From an uncultured delta proteobacterium (GTDB taxonomy: Bacteria > Desulfobacterota > Desulfobacteria > Desulfobacterales > SpSt-501), in contig CAVOWH010000023.1 of assembly GCA_963700055.1 (NCBI GenBank), positions 64,201 through 128,200 of the forward strand: DNA of 64,000 nucleotides. Direction: 5' to 3'. The translations under genes and the position numbers were made by a program. The notes beneath the pieces were generated by a model. That model saw only the letters and a list, made by a program, of their open reading frames with translations. It was not told the origin of the DNA and searched no databases. Below are positions 39,354 to 49,784 of this stretch, in pieces. Each line of letters starts with the position of its first letter. The stretch's first letter is position 1.

Positions 39354-39416
39354 AACGTTTCGCTGGAGGGGGTCGCAATGACCGGGCACTGCGATCTTGG
39401 CGGAATCAATGCGCGC

Positions 39417-41573
39417 CTAAACGTATTTTGTCAGACGGCTGAGGTACTTGTAGTAGGCTTGGCTGTTGGCGTCAAAAATGTGGAACGCCCAAAGGTGGTA
39501 GACTTTCTCGATCGGGATCCCGTTCTCCTCGGCGTAGGACAGCGGGAAAATCAGGGCTGGAATGCCGTGCTGACGGGTGGCTCTTAACGCCAGCCGCAGC
39601 GCGGACAAAAGAACTTCCGGCGGCAGGTCTCGAGGTTCCAAGATCAAGGCGTTGAGGCAATGGACCAGATCCGAGAGGTTCAGGCCGATGTCCGAAACGT
39701 TGACAATAATAAAGGCCTTAAGGCGACCGTCCTCTTTCAGCGCAAACAGGTGTCTTTCGCGCGTGAAGCCGTGATTTTGAAATTCCCGGGATAGCCGTTC
39801 TTCCCGGTCACCGGCGGGATCGAGGTCCATGGCCTTTATCAGGAGTCCGCCGGAGACGCGATCGTAGTTAGCGGCCAGCATTTCGAGATCCGTGGCTGTG
39901 GCCGCTTCGATCTGCCACCCGGCCGGCAGGACGGGAGCCTCTTCTATGGGGTCCTCCATCCTCACGTACGCAAACGGGTCTACCGAGCAGCTTCGGGGGT
40001 TGTTGATGTAACGGGCTACCCCGCCGAAAACGCGGCTCGGGAAACGGTTCTGGGGGCGGTAGTAGCAGACCATGTAGTCCATGCGCAGCCCGCGGATCCG
40101 GAACGTGTCGTGCACGAATCGGCCGATCTGGTCGAGCACGACCAAGCCCGCCTTGGGCAGCGCGGATTTTCGGGCCGCATGGTGGTGGATCAGCCAGGTC
40201 CTTTCCCAGAAACGGATCGTGGCCATGTGGCCGAGAATCACCCCGTTGTCCTGGTAGACAAAATGGCGGGCGATGTCCGGACTCCGCTGGTACAGGTTGG
40301 CGTAGGTCGCTTTGATGGCGCTCTTGTTTTTTTCAATCAGGGCGTATTTGGCGGGGTAAATGAAGCCCGTCTCAAAAAGAAAATCCCACAGGGCCTCCAA
40401 ATCAATGTCGTTGCAGATATAGGCGTTTCTGTCTTTTACCTGATGCAGAATCCCCAACAACTTGATGTGGTCCTGGGCGGTCACGTCGATCAATGCCAAC
40501 CCGCAACGCACGCGCTGCCGCTTCGTATGGTTGGTTAGCGGCTTGCGAAACACGACTTGTAAGCCGCATTTGATCTTGAAGATGTTTCCGAAAGAAAGCT
40601 CGACTTCGGGCAAGGTCAAGCCGGGGAGCAGGACGCTTGCGGTTTCATCCTCTTCCACGGCTACGCCCGAGCCGGAGAGATCGATCACCTTTAGATCCAC
40701 ACGTTTCTGCGTGAGCGGATGGCGGAAGATGATGTTCGGAGAAGGATTCAGAACCTGGCGATCGCTTCGAAACTCGGCTTTGCGGTAGCGCTGGATCTCC
40801 TGCTTCAATGGCTCCAGCACATAGCCGCGTGTGTCGCGTCCCGATGTCGTTCGCATGATGTGGCATTCGCTCGAATAAAGCGTCTGCCTGCCGGAGTGGA
40901 AAACAACGAGCACCGGCAGCGCTGGGTCGATCCAGTCCAAGCACTGGGGGGGTAGCGCCTTGAGCTCGACTCGGAAAGAGGAGGCGGTAAAATCCAAGAG
41001 CGAACCCGAAAAAGAAGAGCTGTTTTGAATCAGGTGAACGGTGATGCCGCAACAGCGCTGACGTTCGATGCGGCGATGGCTGACTTCGCGGCTGATGTTC
41101 GGCAGCGCCAGTCGGCAACCCCCGGCGTGGATCTCGATCACTTCGGGGATGGATTGAATAAGTTTTTCGCCGCGCGGCACCAGAATGTAACTCAGTTCAT
41201 GGGTTTGACTCAGCCATGTTCCATCGGTTTCTTCTGGCCATACGCATTCCAAAACGGGACCGGAGCAGGGCAGAGGAAAGGCCGGGATGAGCAGGCTGCG
41301 GCCGGAGTGGCGATGGGTAAAATGCAGCTGGATGCGACTTTCCTGGAAATTGACGAAATTCAGCCGATTGATCAGATGATCCATAGCGATCTTCCGGCCA
41401 GCATCTTCTGAGGCGGATTCAGAGCTGCCCGGGACGGCGCGTGCCAATAGCTCCTTCTCCTGGCCGGTAACCTCGGTCGAGCCGCTGCAGTCCGGCACTA
41501 CGGGGAGGTGGCCTTTCAAAGGAGCATCTTCGCTGAGTCCGGGAAGCGCGTTTACTGCGGTCGTTTTTTTCAT
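39417..41573 (-). CDS. PilZ-domain protein with a C-terminal GNAT-like region
   Basis: RRIER...DFTASS and RSDR...DLSGSG PilZ-like motifs. C-terminus has LWDFLFETGFIYPAKY, GHMATIR, WLIHH. Confidence 0.7.
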   Translation of the reverse strand: MKKTTAVNALPGLSEDAPLKGHLPVVPDCSGSTEVTGQEKELLARAVPGSSESASEDAGRKIAMDHLINRLNFVNFQESRIQLHFTHRHSGRSLLIPAFPLPCSGPVLECVWPEETDGTWLSQTHELSYILVPRGEKLIQSIPEVIEIHAGGCRLALPNISREVSHRRIERQRCCGITVHLIQNSSSFSGSLLDFTASSFRVELKALPPQCLDWIDPALPVLVVFHSGRQTLYSSECHIMRTTSGRDTRGYVLEPLKQEIQRYRKAEFRSDRQVLNPSPNIIFRHPLTQKRVDLKVIDLSGSGVAVEEDETASVLLPGLTLPEVELSFGNIFKIKCGLQVVFRKPLTNHTKRQRVRCGLALIDVTAQDHIKLLGILHQVKDRNAYICNDIDLEALWDFLFETGFIYPAKYALIEKNKSAIKATYANLYQRSPDIARHFVYQDNGVILGHMATIRFWERTWLIHHHAARKSALPKAGLVVLDQIGRFVHDTFRIRGLRMDYMVCYYRPQNRFPSRVFGGVARYINNPRSCSVDPFAYVRMEDPIEEAPVLPAGWQIEAATATDLEMLAANYDRVSGGLLIKAMDLDPAGDREERLSREFQNHGFTRERHLFALKEDGRLKAFIIVNVSDIGLNLSDLVHCLNALILEPRDLPPEVLLSALRLALRATRQHGIPALIFPLSYAEENGIPIEKVYHLWAFHIFDANSQAYYKYLSRLTKYV

Positions 41574-41913
41574 TGTGATCCGGCGGATAGCGGTGAAGAT
41601 TGCTGCCGCGCTGGCATTCCGGCTCTGAGGGTCAACTCAAGCGGTCTATTTTTTCCCGAGCCGTACAAGGCTATTCCAATTTGGATCAAGAATAAAAATA
41701 CACAAAAATAGGAATTAAAATTATTACCAGATGAAAACCAATCATGCAAGAATAATTTTCAGCCCAGCAATTGATCTAATATTTTGCATATATTGATAAT
41801 TCTTACTAAGTTGCCTTTTGGATAGCCTGGACTATTTTATGAGGATACAACAACCAGTGTGGCCGAGGAGTCGGCGGTCACAATAAGACCTGCGTTTGAA
41901 AGGAGTATCAGCG

Positions 41914-42852
41914 ATGGGCAATCAGATCCGGACCACGGTTTTGATGGCGTTGTTAACCGTTTTGATCCTGCTGATCGGACAGTGGATCGGCGGCCGTCAG
42001 GGAATGGTGATCGCCCTATTGGTTGCCGCAGGCATGAATTTTTTCAGCTACTGGTTCTCCGACAAAATCGTTCTGAGGATGTACAACGCCCAGGAGGTGG
42101 GGCCGCAGGAAGGACCTGAGCTCTATGGAATGGTAAAGGAGCTTTGCCGCCGCGCCAACCTGCCGATGCCAAGGGTATATGTCATCCCCCAGGAGGCGCC
42201 CAACGCCTTCGCCACCGGACGCAATCCGGAGCATGCCGCCGTGGCGGTGACCGAAGGTCTTCTGAAGCGTATGACCCGCGAGGAGGCAATGGGGGTCCTG
42301 GCGCACGAGCTGGCGCACGTGAAGAACCGGGACATTCTGATCGGCAGCATTGCTGCCACCATGGCGGGCGCCATCATGATGCTGGCCGACATGGCACGCT
42401 GGTCGGCCATATTCGGCGGCGGCCATCGTGACCGCGAGGATGGCGGCGGAGGCGGCGGACTGAGTTTGATCTTGATGTCGATCATCGCCCCTCTGGCGGC
42501 CATGCTGATCCAGATGGCGATCTCCCGTTCGCGCGAGTACCTGGCCGATGCCACGGGGGCGGCTTTTGCCGGCACGCCGGAAGGGCTGGCGCGGGCGCTT
42601 GAAAAACTAGGGGCCTACTCCAAGCAGCTGCCGATGAATGCCAGTCCATCGACCGCGCACATGTTCATCGTCAACCCCTTGTCCGGACGCAGCCTGATGC
42701 ATCTTTTTTCCACGCACCCGCCGTTGGAAGAGCGGATTGCGCGCCTGCGCGGTCAGCGCCTGAATAGCACTCCGGAGCCTCCGAATGCAGGTCCGGTAGA
42801 TCGCCAGGACCGGGCGCGCGCAGTGTGGGATCGGCTTTCAGGCAAGGAATAG
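41914..42852 (+). CDS. htpX: Zinc metalloprotease HtpX
   Basis: [31 protein letters not shown]. Confidence 0.95.
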   Translation: MGNQIRTTVLMALLTVLILLIGQWIGGRQGMVIALLVAAGMNFFSYWFSDKIVLRMYNAQEVGPQEGPELYGMVKELCRRANLPMPRVYVIPQEAPNAFATGRNPEHAAVAVTEGLLKRMTREEAMGVLAHELAHVKNRDILIGSIAATMAGAIMMLADMARWSAIFGGGHRDREDGGGGGGLSLILMSIIAPLAAMLIQMAISRSREYLADATGAAFAGTPEGLARALEKLGAYSKQLPMNASPSTAHMFIVNPLSGRSLMHLFSTHPPLEERIARLRGQRLNSTPEPPNAGPVDRQDRARAVWDRLSGKE

Positions 42853-42861
42853 ACCGGTCGG

Positions 42862-43980
42862 TCAGCTTCTCTTTGGTCGCGTCCCGCAGGACGGGAGCAT
42901 GCCCTCCAGCCAGTCGCGAACCGCAGCGCATTCCAGGCCGAACGGCAGATATCCGGAATACCCGAGCAGCGGCATGGCGAACAGCTCAAACCGGTGAACG
43001 AAGGGGATGCTGTACCGCCACTGGGCCAGGCTGAAGGCATTCCACATTTCCCAGAAAAAGCCGCATATCAAGGCCGCCAGCATGGCCGAGGCAGGGTCCG
43101 TCCAATCCGTGCTGGTCAGATGCTGCAGCGGGTGCGATTCCTTTCGCAGGCTCCTCAGTGCCACCATGATCAGCAGCGGCGCTACCCACACCAAGGAATA
43201 CAAGTAGCTCGGCCATACCCCGATGGCAGCCAGCCCTGCGGCAGAGGCCGCCAGGAGAGCCGCCGACAGGACGGTGGGGTGGCCGCCGGGAAGCGGTCGG
43301 ATTCGGCCGAAAGCGCGTTGGGCCCAGCCGAAGGACCGGATGAGTTCCTGCGTGCTCAGGACCGCCGGCAGAACCGTGGCAAATGGCAGGGTGGCGTACC
43401 AGAAATACTCCCAGGGGCCAAAGCCGGGCCCCGTATAGTACCAGTTCTGCACGAAGCGGTTGAGGTACTCGAAGAACCACCAGAACAAGGCGCTCACCGG
43501 AAACAGGCTGTAGAAGAACAACGGCCGGTGGGTCAAGAGCGAACGGCCCGTGCGGCGGCAGCACAGCGCATTGACCACGACGATATAGGCGAGCCAGAGC
43601 GGCGTAAAGGAGTGGGGCTGGCAGGCGGCAAACCAGGCCAGGCGGGTCCAGGCCAGCAGCCAGGCCAAGGCGCCGGCAGCCGCAGCGGCCCAGCCCCACC
43701 ACGGAAAGGGGTAAATGCGTGCCGGGGCTCCAGGGGGAGTCCGGCGGTAGGACTGAATGGCGCGACGGCCGAGCATCAGAAGCGTTGCGGCAATCAGCGC
43801 CGCATAGGAAAAGAACGCCGCCCAGGAGAAAGGAGCTGGCGGCACGAAGCGGGTCTGCGGCGGGAACTCAACGTATGGATCCAGGGGCCTACCGGTTAGC
43901 CAGACGCCAAAAAGCGGCAGACCGGTCAGCATCGCGGCCAGAGGAATAAATGTCAGCAGAAAGCTCTTCAGGCGGGACAT
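42862..43980 (-). CDS. Conserved multi-pass membrane protein
   Basis: Hydrophobic; FWWFFEYLN..VQNWYY, GFFWEMWN, MPLLGY.GYLPFG. Confidence 0.8.
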   Translation of the reverse strand: MSRLKSFLLTFIPLAAMLTGLPLFGVWLTGRPLDPYVEFPPQTRFVPPAPFSWAAFFSYAALIAATLLMLGRRAIQSYRRTPPGAPARIYPFPWWGWAAAAAGALAWLLAWTRLAWFAACQPHSFTPLWLAYIVVVNALCCRRTGRSLLTHRPLFFYSLFPVSALFWWFFEYLNRFVQNWYYTGPGFGPWEYFWYATLPFATVLPAVLSTQELIRSFGWAQRAFGRIRPLPGGHPTVLSAALLAASAAGLAAIGVWPSYLYSLVWVAPLLIMVALRSLRKESHPLQHLTSTDWTDPASAMLAALICGFFWEMWNAFSLAQWRYSIPFVHRFELFAMPLLGYSGYLPFGLECAAVRDWLEGMLPSCGTRPKRS

Positions 43981-43983
43981 AAT

Positions 43984-44073
43984 GGGCATAGAGCATAGGG
44001 CAGAGGGCATAGGGCAGAAGCATAAAAAAGGTTTTTCTTACTCTATGCGCTATGCCCTCTGCCCTCTGCTTCT
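43984..44073. repeat. Inverted arrays of heptamer tandem repeats
   Basis: GRGCAWA five times at 43984-44018, then the complementary TATGCGC/TATGCCC/TCTGCCC/TCTGCTT at 44044-44071. Confidence 0.85.
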
Positions 44074-44075
44074 GG

Positions 44076-45059
44076 TCAGTGGGCCCAGCCGCTTTTCATG
44101 CTCTCCGGCAATTCGCACTCCTGAGCGGCTTTGCGGGCTTCCACGTAGTGAGCCGCCGCCAGGGCCGCGGTGCAACCGTCGGCTGCGGCGATGACGATCT
44201 GGCGGGCATACTTCTCCCTCAGATCGCCGATGACATAGATGCCCGGGATGGTCGTGGCGCACTTGTCATCGGTGACCACGTAACCCTCGGCATTCTTGCG
44301 GATGCCGGCCGGAACCAGACGGTTGTTGGGGATGAAGCCGATGAAGATGAAAACCCCGTCGGTGGCCAGCGCGCGCGTTTCGCCGGTTTGAACATGCTTG
44401 AGGTCCACCGCGCAAACTCCTTCGGCATCGGCCTTGATGGCCGTTGCGACGGAATTCCAAAGGAACTCGATCTTGCATTCCGCCTTGGCCCGCTGCTGGA
44501 GCAGAGCTCCGGCCCGCAGTTGGTCCCGGCGGTGGACGATGTAGACCTGTTTGGCCAGCTTGGCCAGATAGAGCGACTCCTCGATCGCCGAGTCTCCGCC
44601 GCCAACCACCACCACGGTCTTATCGCGGAAGAAGAAGCCGTCGCATACGGCGCAATAGGAAACCCCCTTGCCGTAAAACTCCTTTTCTCCAGGGATCACC
44701 AGTTGGCGGGGGTTACCGCCGGTGGCGAGAATGACGGCATGCCCCTGCAGGCATTCGCCGCCCGCCAGGCGGACGGTGTGAAGATCCAATCCCGGCTCGA
44801 TGGCGACGACCTCGTCGGAGCGGACCTCCAACCCGTAGGACTGCGCGTGATTGTACATTTTCATTGAAAGTTCCGCGCCGCCGATGTGCTCATCTCCCGG
44901 CCAGTTTTCAACACTGTCCGAAAGGTTGACCTGCCCTCCCGGGGCTCCCATTTCCACCAGAACGGCTTTGAGCGCCGCACGCATGGCGTAGATTCCAGCG
45001 GTCAGACCGCCGGGCCCGCCGCCGATAATGATCAGGTCATAAATCCCAAGGCAGGTCAT
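44076..45059 (-). CDS. trxB: Thioredoxin-disulfide reductase
   Basis: GGGPGG, GVSYCAVCDG, GGGDSA, HRRDQLRA. Confidence 0.95.
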   Translation of the reverse strand: MTCLGIYDLIIIGGGPGGLTAGIYAMRAALKAVLVEMGAPGGQVNLSDSVENWPGDEHIGGAELSMKMYNHAQSYGLEVRSDEVVAIEPGLDLHTVRLAGGECLQGHAVILATGGNPRQLVIPGEKEFYGKGVSYCAVCDGFFFRDKTVVVVGGGDSAIEESLYLAKLAKQVYIVHRRDQLRAGALLQQRAKAECKIEFLWNSVATAIKADAEGVCAVDLKHVQTGETRALATDGVFIFIGFIPNNRLVPAGIRKNAEGYVVTDDKCATTIPGIYVIGDLREKYARQIVIAAADGCTAALAAAHYVEARKAAQECELPESMKSGWAH

Positions 45060-45072
45060 AAAGTACTCCTTC

Positions 45073-45918
45073 TCAGGTGCTGGATTTGGAGAGCCGGTCG
45101 GTGAAATCGGCGAAGGCCTGCATGACGGCCCGGGTCCTTCCACCGGGCTGGCCGGCGCCGATGACCTCGTCGTCCACGCGGACGATGGGCACAATGAGCC
45201 GGTTGGAGGAGGTGATGAAGACTTCAGCGGCACGGACGAGTTCGTCGCGATGGATGTCGCGGATGTCGACGGAATATCTTCCTTCGGCCAGGCCAAGCAC
45301 CTTCTGGCGCGTGACCCCGCTCAATATCTCCGTGCCCGGGGTGACCAAGCGATCGCCGATAAAGGCGAAGATGTTGCTGGTCGTGCCCTCGCGGACTTGG
45401 CCGGCGGGGTCGACGTACAGCGCCTCGATCGCGCCTTTCTGCCGGGCCTCTGCCAAGACCATGATGGCGCGGATGTAATCGATGCTTTTTGCGCCGGGAA
45501 TGGCGCGGGTATGGGCCACGGTGACGATTTTGGCTCCTTCCCGGTACCACGCCTGGGGGTATTGACTGAGGGCGGACACCATGATGGCGAGCCGCGGCCG
45601 TCCCTGAGGGGTAATGAAATCCGGACTGGAGCCCCCCGTAACCAGGATGCGGATACTGGATTCCACCGGCGGGTTGCGATTTAAGGTCTCATTTACCAAT
45701 TGGGTCAATTCGCTTTCGGAAACCAGCAGCTCGATACCGATCTGCCTGGCCGAGCGAAACAGGCGCTGGACATGGTCTTTGATGAAGATCACCCGGCCGT
45801 TATAAGTGCGCATGAAATCGAAACACCCGTGCCCTCGCAACAGGCCGAGGTCGTTGATGGGGAACACCGCCTCAGAATCGGGGACGAATTCTCCATCTAC
45901 GTAATAGATATTCGCCAT
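45073..45918 (-). CDS. Class IV PLP-dependent aminotransferase (Dat/IlvE-like)
   Basis: DLGLLRGHG, AKSIDY, EGTTSNIF, ILSGVTR, EVFITSS. Confidence 0.9.
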   Translation of the reverse strand: MANIYYVDGEFVPDSEAVFPINDLGLLRGHGCFDFMRTYNGRVIFIKDHVQRLFRSARQIGIELLVSESELTQLVNETLNRNPPVESSIRILVTGGSSPDFITPQGRPRLAIMVSALSQYPQAWYREGAKIVTVAHTRAIPGAKSIDYIRAIMVLAEARQKGAIEALYVDPAGQVREGTTSNIFAFIGDRLVTPGTEILSGVTRQKVLGLAEGRYSVDIRDIHRDELVRAAEVFITSSNRLIVPIVRVDDEVIGAGQPGGRTRAVMQAFADFTDRLSKSST

Positions 45919-46332
45919 AGCCGGCCGCCGCCTCTCGTTTCTCTTGAAATGATAAAAGTGGGCGCATTATACGACTGGAACCGCCAGGTGACAAGCCCGG
46001 AATGCGGCCGTTCGGTCAAGGCGGCGCCGGCGGTGGCTTTGATGGCTCATTTCAGCCTTGGTGACGCATCTAAAGACTTCTTTGATTAGTGCCGATACCA
46101 TCTCCAGGGTGCGATTTATACCGGCCGGAGCGTTGGCGAAGAACGATTTCCGGCGGCGGAGTCCTCGCCGGCAGCGCGCTGCCGGATTCATCCCCAAAAA
46201 AATAAGCCGATCCAATCCGTCGGCACACGCCGAGGCCGCCGAGACCGTTGCGGCCGGCCCATCCAACACCGCCGGACCGGAAACTGCTTTCCGGGGCCTT
46301 GTGGAGCACGCGCACGCAATGGGGATCAAGAA

Positions 46333-47502
46333 GTGAAGAACGCTCAACTCGAAACGGCACGCAGCCATTCCGGCAGCTGGGTGATCACCGCAGGCCAGCC
46401 GGTTCGTCTGGATCCCACCGAGTTCGATCCGGAGGCCGAAAAAAGCCTCGTGAAGGAATACCGCATCTCCGAGATCGGCCGCTACCTGCTAAATCCGGGG
46501 CCGATCGAAATCCGCAAACGGCTGGTAGGCTGTGAGGCGCACTCGTTGCCGACTTTGCTGAGCCGGGTGATGCAGCGTTTGCCCGTTTGGGGCAAGGCGC
46601 GGCGCCGCAAACCGGAAGTCCTTCTTTCGGGGTTCAAACTGAAGCTTCCGACCTTCAGGGACCCGGATCTCGACGCGCACTTCAAAAAAATGGTCGACGA
46701 GTTGCGAGGGTTCGACCCCTTTGCCAAGAAATTGGCTCGGCTGGAGCCCCGGCGCCTTTCCCAGCTGATCGGCATCTGTGAAGACATCGGCGGCGGCTAT
46801 TCGTATCTGAAGCTGCAAGGCTCTGCCGACGAAAAGATCCGATACCTTTCCAGCCACGCGGGGCGAACGGTGCGCGTGACCATCCATCGGGCGCTGGTGA
46901 GCGACGGCCTATTTGAGCTTCGGGCCTACCCGGCAACCGGGTTCCATGCGGATCATTCCTACCGCCTTTACGCCTACAGCCGGGATGGGCAGCCGGCCGC
47001 TTGTGTGCTGACCTCCCTTGGAAACCTGGAATACCGTCTGGCCGATCCCCCGGCGGTGAAGTATCTCAGTCTGCTGGAGCACGTGCTGTCATCGAGCCCG
47101 GATTTTCGGCAGTGTTTTGATGCCTGCTTCGCGGGCCCCTTTCGGCCGGTGCGGCTATTCTTCAACCGGCAACTGGAGGTGGATTACTCCAAAGCCAACC
47201 TTCCCGAAGTCTACCGCAACGTCTTTCGGAGCTCCGAGACGGCCCTTTCCAGCCGCCACCTGGTGAAACCGGTGCTGAACTACCTTCAGGTGGCCGTCTC
47301 GCTGAGCTATCTCCCGCCGCCGGACAGCGCGGACCAGCGGCTGTTCACGCACATTTGCATCCTGCACGACCTGCGGGCGCTCGAACCGTTGCGCAAGAGC
47401 CTGCCGGCGGTTTACGCCGAGATGAGCCAGCGGGCCTTCAGCTCGGAGGCCGGCCGGTATTATGTCCTGGATTCGATCACGGGGACCACGCATGCCGACT
47501 GA
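46333..47502 (+). CDS. Hypothetical protein overlapping the Lon-like gene
   Basis: 389-aa ORF with host-like codon bias; 11-nt overlap with the downstream start. Confidence 0.75.
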   Translation: MKNAQLETARSHSGSWVITAGQPVRLDPTEFDPEAEKSLVKEYRISEIGRYLLNPGPIEIRKRLVGCEAHSLPTLLSRVMQRLPVWGKARRRKPEVLLSGFKLKLPTFRDPDLDAHFKKMVDELRGFDPFAKKLARLEPRRLSQLIGICEDIGGGYSYLKLQGSADEKIRYLSSHAGRTVRVTIHRALVSDGLFELRAYPATGFHADHSYRLYAYSRDGQPAACVLTSLGNLEYRLADPPAVKYLSLLEHVLSSSPDFRQCFDACFAGPFRPVRLFFNRQLEVDYSKANLPEVYRNVFRSSETALSSRHLVKPVLNYLQVAVSLSYLPPPDSADQRLFTHICILHDLRALEPLRKSLPAVYAEMSQRAFSSEAGRYYVLDSITGTTHAD

Positions 47503-49774
47503 TTACAAAGAGACCGACTACGATTGGATTCGGGAGCTGCTCGACTATCCCCGTGTCCTGGAGGAGCGTCTGGCGTTTTTTGACGACACCTCTCAGATTC
47601 ATATGCCTGCAGACCCGATCGAACGCGTCATCTTCCAGGAACGGGCCAAGATGGCCATTCGCAAAGTCGCCCAGAACCGAGGGCACATGCTGATGGTCGG
47701 CCGCCCCGGCACCGGCAAATCCATGCTGGCGGACATGTTCCGGGAGGTGCTGGATCGGTCCGTCGGGGATTACCTGCGGCCCCAGGACGCCATCGTGGCC
47801 TTCCCGGGCAAGGACAAGAACCATATTCGAGTGGCCTACGATCACCCGGAAAAGATCGACGGCGTGTTGCAGGATATCCACCAAGCGCTCGATATCGCCC
47901 AGAACAACGGCGAGGAATTCAGCCTGGAGGAACAAATCGGCTCTATCCGCAAGACCAAGCGCTGGCTGCTGGCCGCCGCCGCCGCCAGTGCGGTGGCCGG
48001 CACCTGGTTTGCGCCGGCATTCATCGCCGCTGGCTTAGCCGGGATGGGCGCCATTTTTCTGTATCTCCAAGAAAACAACCACCGGGTCCAGGAGAAAGTC
48101 CAGCGCGAGACCACCGGCAGCCTGCGTCCGGACCTCAAGCATCTCTATGACATGGTGCCGGAGGTGCTCTACGACCCGCGCAAGGAAAAGGATATCATGG
48201 CGCGCGTCTCCGAGCCGAGCGCGCGCAACATGAAGGGCGGATTCCGGCACGATCCTTACCAGTCCGGCAATCTTCACACCCCCTGCCACAAGCGCGCCTA
48301 CCTGGGGGCGCACGCCACGGCGCCCATCATCTACATCGACGAGCTCAAGACCCTGATCAAGATGCATTACATGGCCGATCTGCTGGAGATCATGCAAAAC
48401 CAGCAGTATCTATTGGAAGGCGGCAGGAACGCGGGCAGCGGGGCCGCCGACCGCTCCGAGAATTCCTTGCGTGCGGAGAACATCATCGTGGCGTGCTGTA
48501 ACCACGATACGTTGGCCTACCTCCAGGAAGAAGGGGACGGTGCCTTTCTCTCCCGGATCGAGGACAAGGGCGAGGTGGTGCACATGGAGAGCGCCGTGGC
48601 CGAGAGCCCGGAAATCATCCGGCACGTGGCGCAGTATGTGAAGCAGGAGATCGTCAACCTCGGCCGCGATTTCCAGCGTTCCTGGGGCGAGGTGATCACT
48701 CACGAGGGGCACGCGAGCGTGCGCGAGCGCAGCGAGCATATTTTCGGCCGTCGGCTGCCGGCGGATTTTCGCTTGCAGGAGCGCGAATTCTCGCGCAATG
48801 CGGTCATGGAGATCATCAAGGAGATGCGCTGCCGGGCCGCCGACGGCAAATTGAGCGCGATTCTGCGGCCGATCAACGGGATCATCAAATCAGCGGAGTT
48901 TGAAGCCATCCTGGAGAACTCGCCCCGGGTGGAGCCGGTCCACGTCCGCAAAGCGATCGAGGAGCACCTCAGCCTGGAGGGCAGTCTTTCGCGGGAGATC
49001 GGCGAGCACAAGAAATACCTGAAGAAATACATCACGTCGATGACCGACTCGATCGGCTATGTTGTCGGCTTGGCCGTCATCTACGCCAAGTCGAGCGGAC
49101 AGATGCACGGCCAGCCGCTACCGATTCACTGCCAGATCAACGTGGGCAGCGCGGACAAGGTGGCGGCGCCGGGGAAAATGGGCGAGATCGCCAAGGCGGC
49201 CGCTCAGAACGTGAGGGCCTCCATCAAGAAAGTGCTGAAGAAAATCGGCGCGCCGAACGTGGGCTATGAGATGCACGTGGAGTACATCCAGGCGCACGGC
49301 GGAGTGGAAGGCGACAGCGCCTCGGTGGCCATGGACATCGCGCTCATATCGGATTTCATCAAACAGCCGGTCAACCAGCGCTATGGCGTGACCGGTTCGC
49401 TCACCGGCGATATCATTTTGGCGGTCGGCGGGGTGACTGAGAAGATTCGTTCGATCATGGACCCCGAGCTGGGCATGGAAGGCGCATGCATCCCCTGGCT
49501 GAACAAACATGACGTCGAGCCGCTGCTGGTCAACGCTCAGGCCGAGTTCATCCAGAACGCGGGGATCCCGGGCATCCGCATCTATCGTCGAGGAGGCCGG
49601 GCGGAACCGTTTGACATCTATTTCTGCAAAACGAAGTCCCACGTCTACCAGATTCTCATGGGCCTCGATAAGGAGGCGGTGGAAGCCCGCATGGTCGAGC
49701 GCAGCCGCCGGGACCTTGAATTTACAAGGTCCGCCTACCCGATGAACGGGACCAATTATAGCCTTCCCGCTTAA
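47492..49774 (+). CDS. LonB-type (archaeal-like) membrane-anchored ATP-dependent protease
   Basis: Walker A GRPGTGKS, a hydrophobic hairpin, Walker B IIYIDE, VEGDSASVA (Ser) and VGGVTEK (Lys). No LonA N-domain. Confidence 0.85.
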   Translation: MPTDYKETDYDWIRELLDYPRVLEERLAFFDDTSQIHMPADPIERVIFQERAKMAIRKVAQNRGHMLMVGRPGTGKSMLADMFREVLDRSVGDYLRPQDAIVAFPGKDKNHIRVAYDHPEKIDGVLQDIHQALDIAQNNGEEFSLEEQIGSIRKTKRWLLAAAAASAVAGTWFAPAFIAAGLAGMGAIFLYLQENNHRVQEKVQRETTGSLRPDLKHLYDMVPEVLYDPRKEKDIMARVSEPSARNMKGGFRHDPYQSGNLHTPCHKRAYLGAHATAPIIYIDELKTLIKMHYMADLLEIMQNQQYLLEGGRNAGSGAADRSENSLRAENIIVACCNHDTLAYLQEEGDGAFLSRIEDKGEVVHMESAVAESPEIIRHVAQYVKQEIVNLGRDFQRSWGEVITHEGHASVRERSEHIFGRRLPADFRLQEREFSRNAVMEIIKEMRCRAADGKLSAILRPINGIIKSAEFEAILENSPRVEPVHVRKAIEEHLSLEGSLSREIGEHKKYLKKYITSMTDSIGYVVGLAVIYAKSSGQMHGQPLPIHCQINVGSADKVAAPGKMGEIAKAAAQNVRASIKKVLKKIGAPNVGYEMHVEYIQAHGGVEGDSASVAMDIALISDFIKQPVNQRYGVTGSLTGDIILAVGGVTEKIRSIMDPELGMEGACIPWLNKHDVEPLLVNAQAEFIQNAGIPGIRIYRRGGRAEPFDIYFCKTKSHVYQILMGLDKEAVEARMVERSRRDLEFTRSAYPMNGTNYSLPA

Positions 49775-49784
49775 GCGCCGGCCT

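Noticed and set aside
43984-44073. Repeats as a CRISPR array
   Set aside because: 7-bp units without spacers. No repeat-spacer array was seen anywhere in the window.
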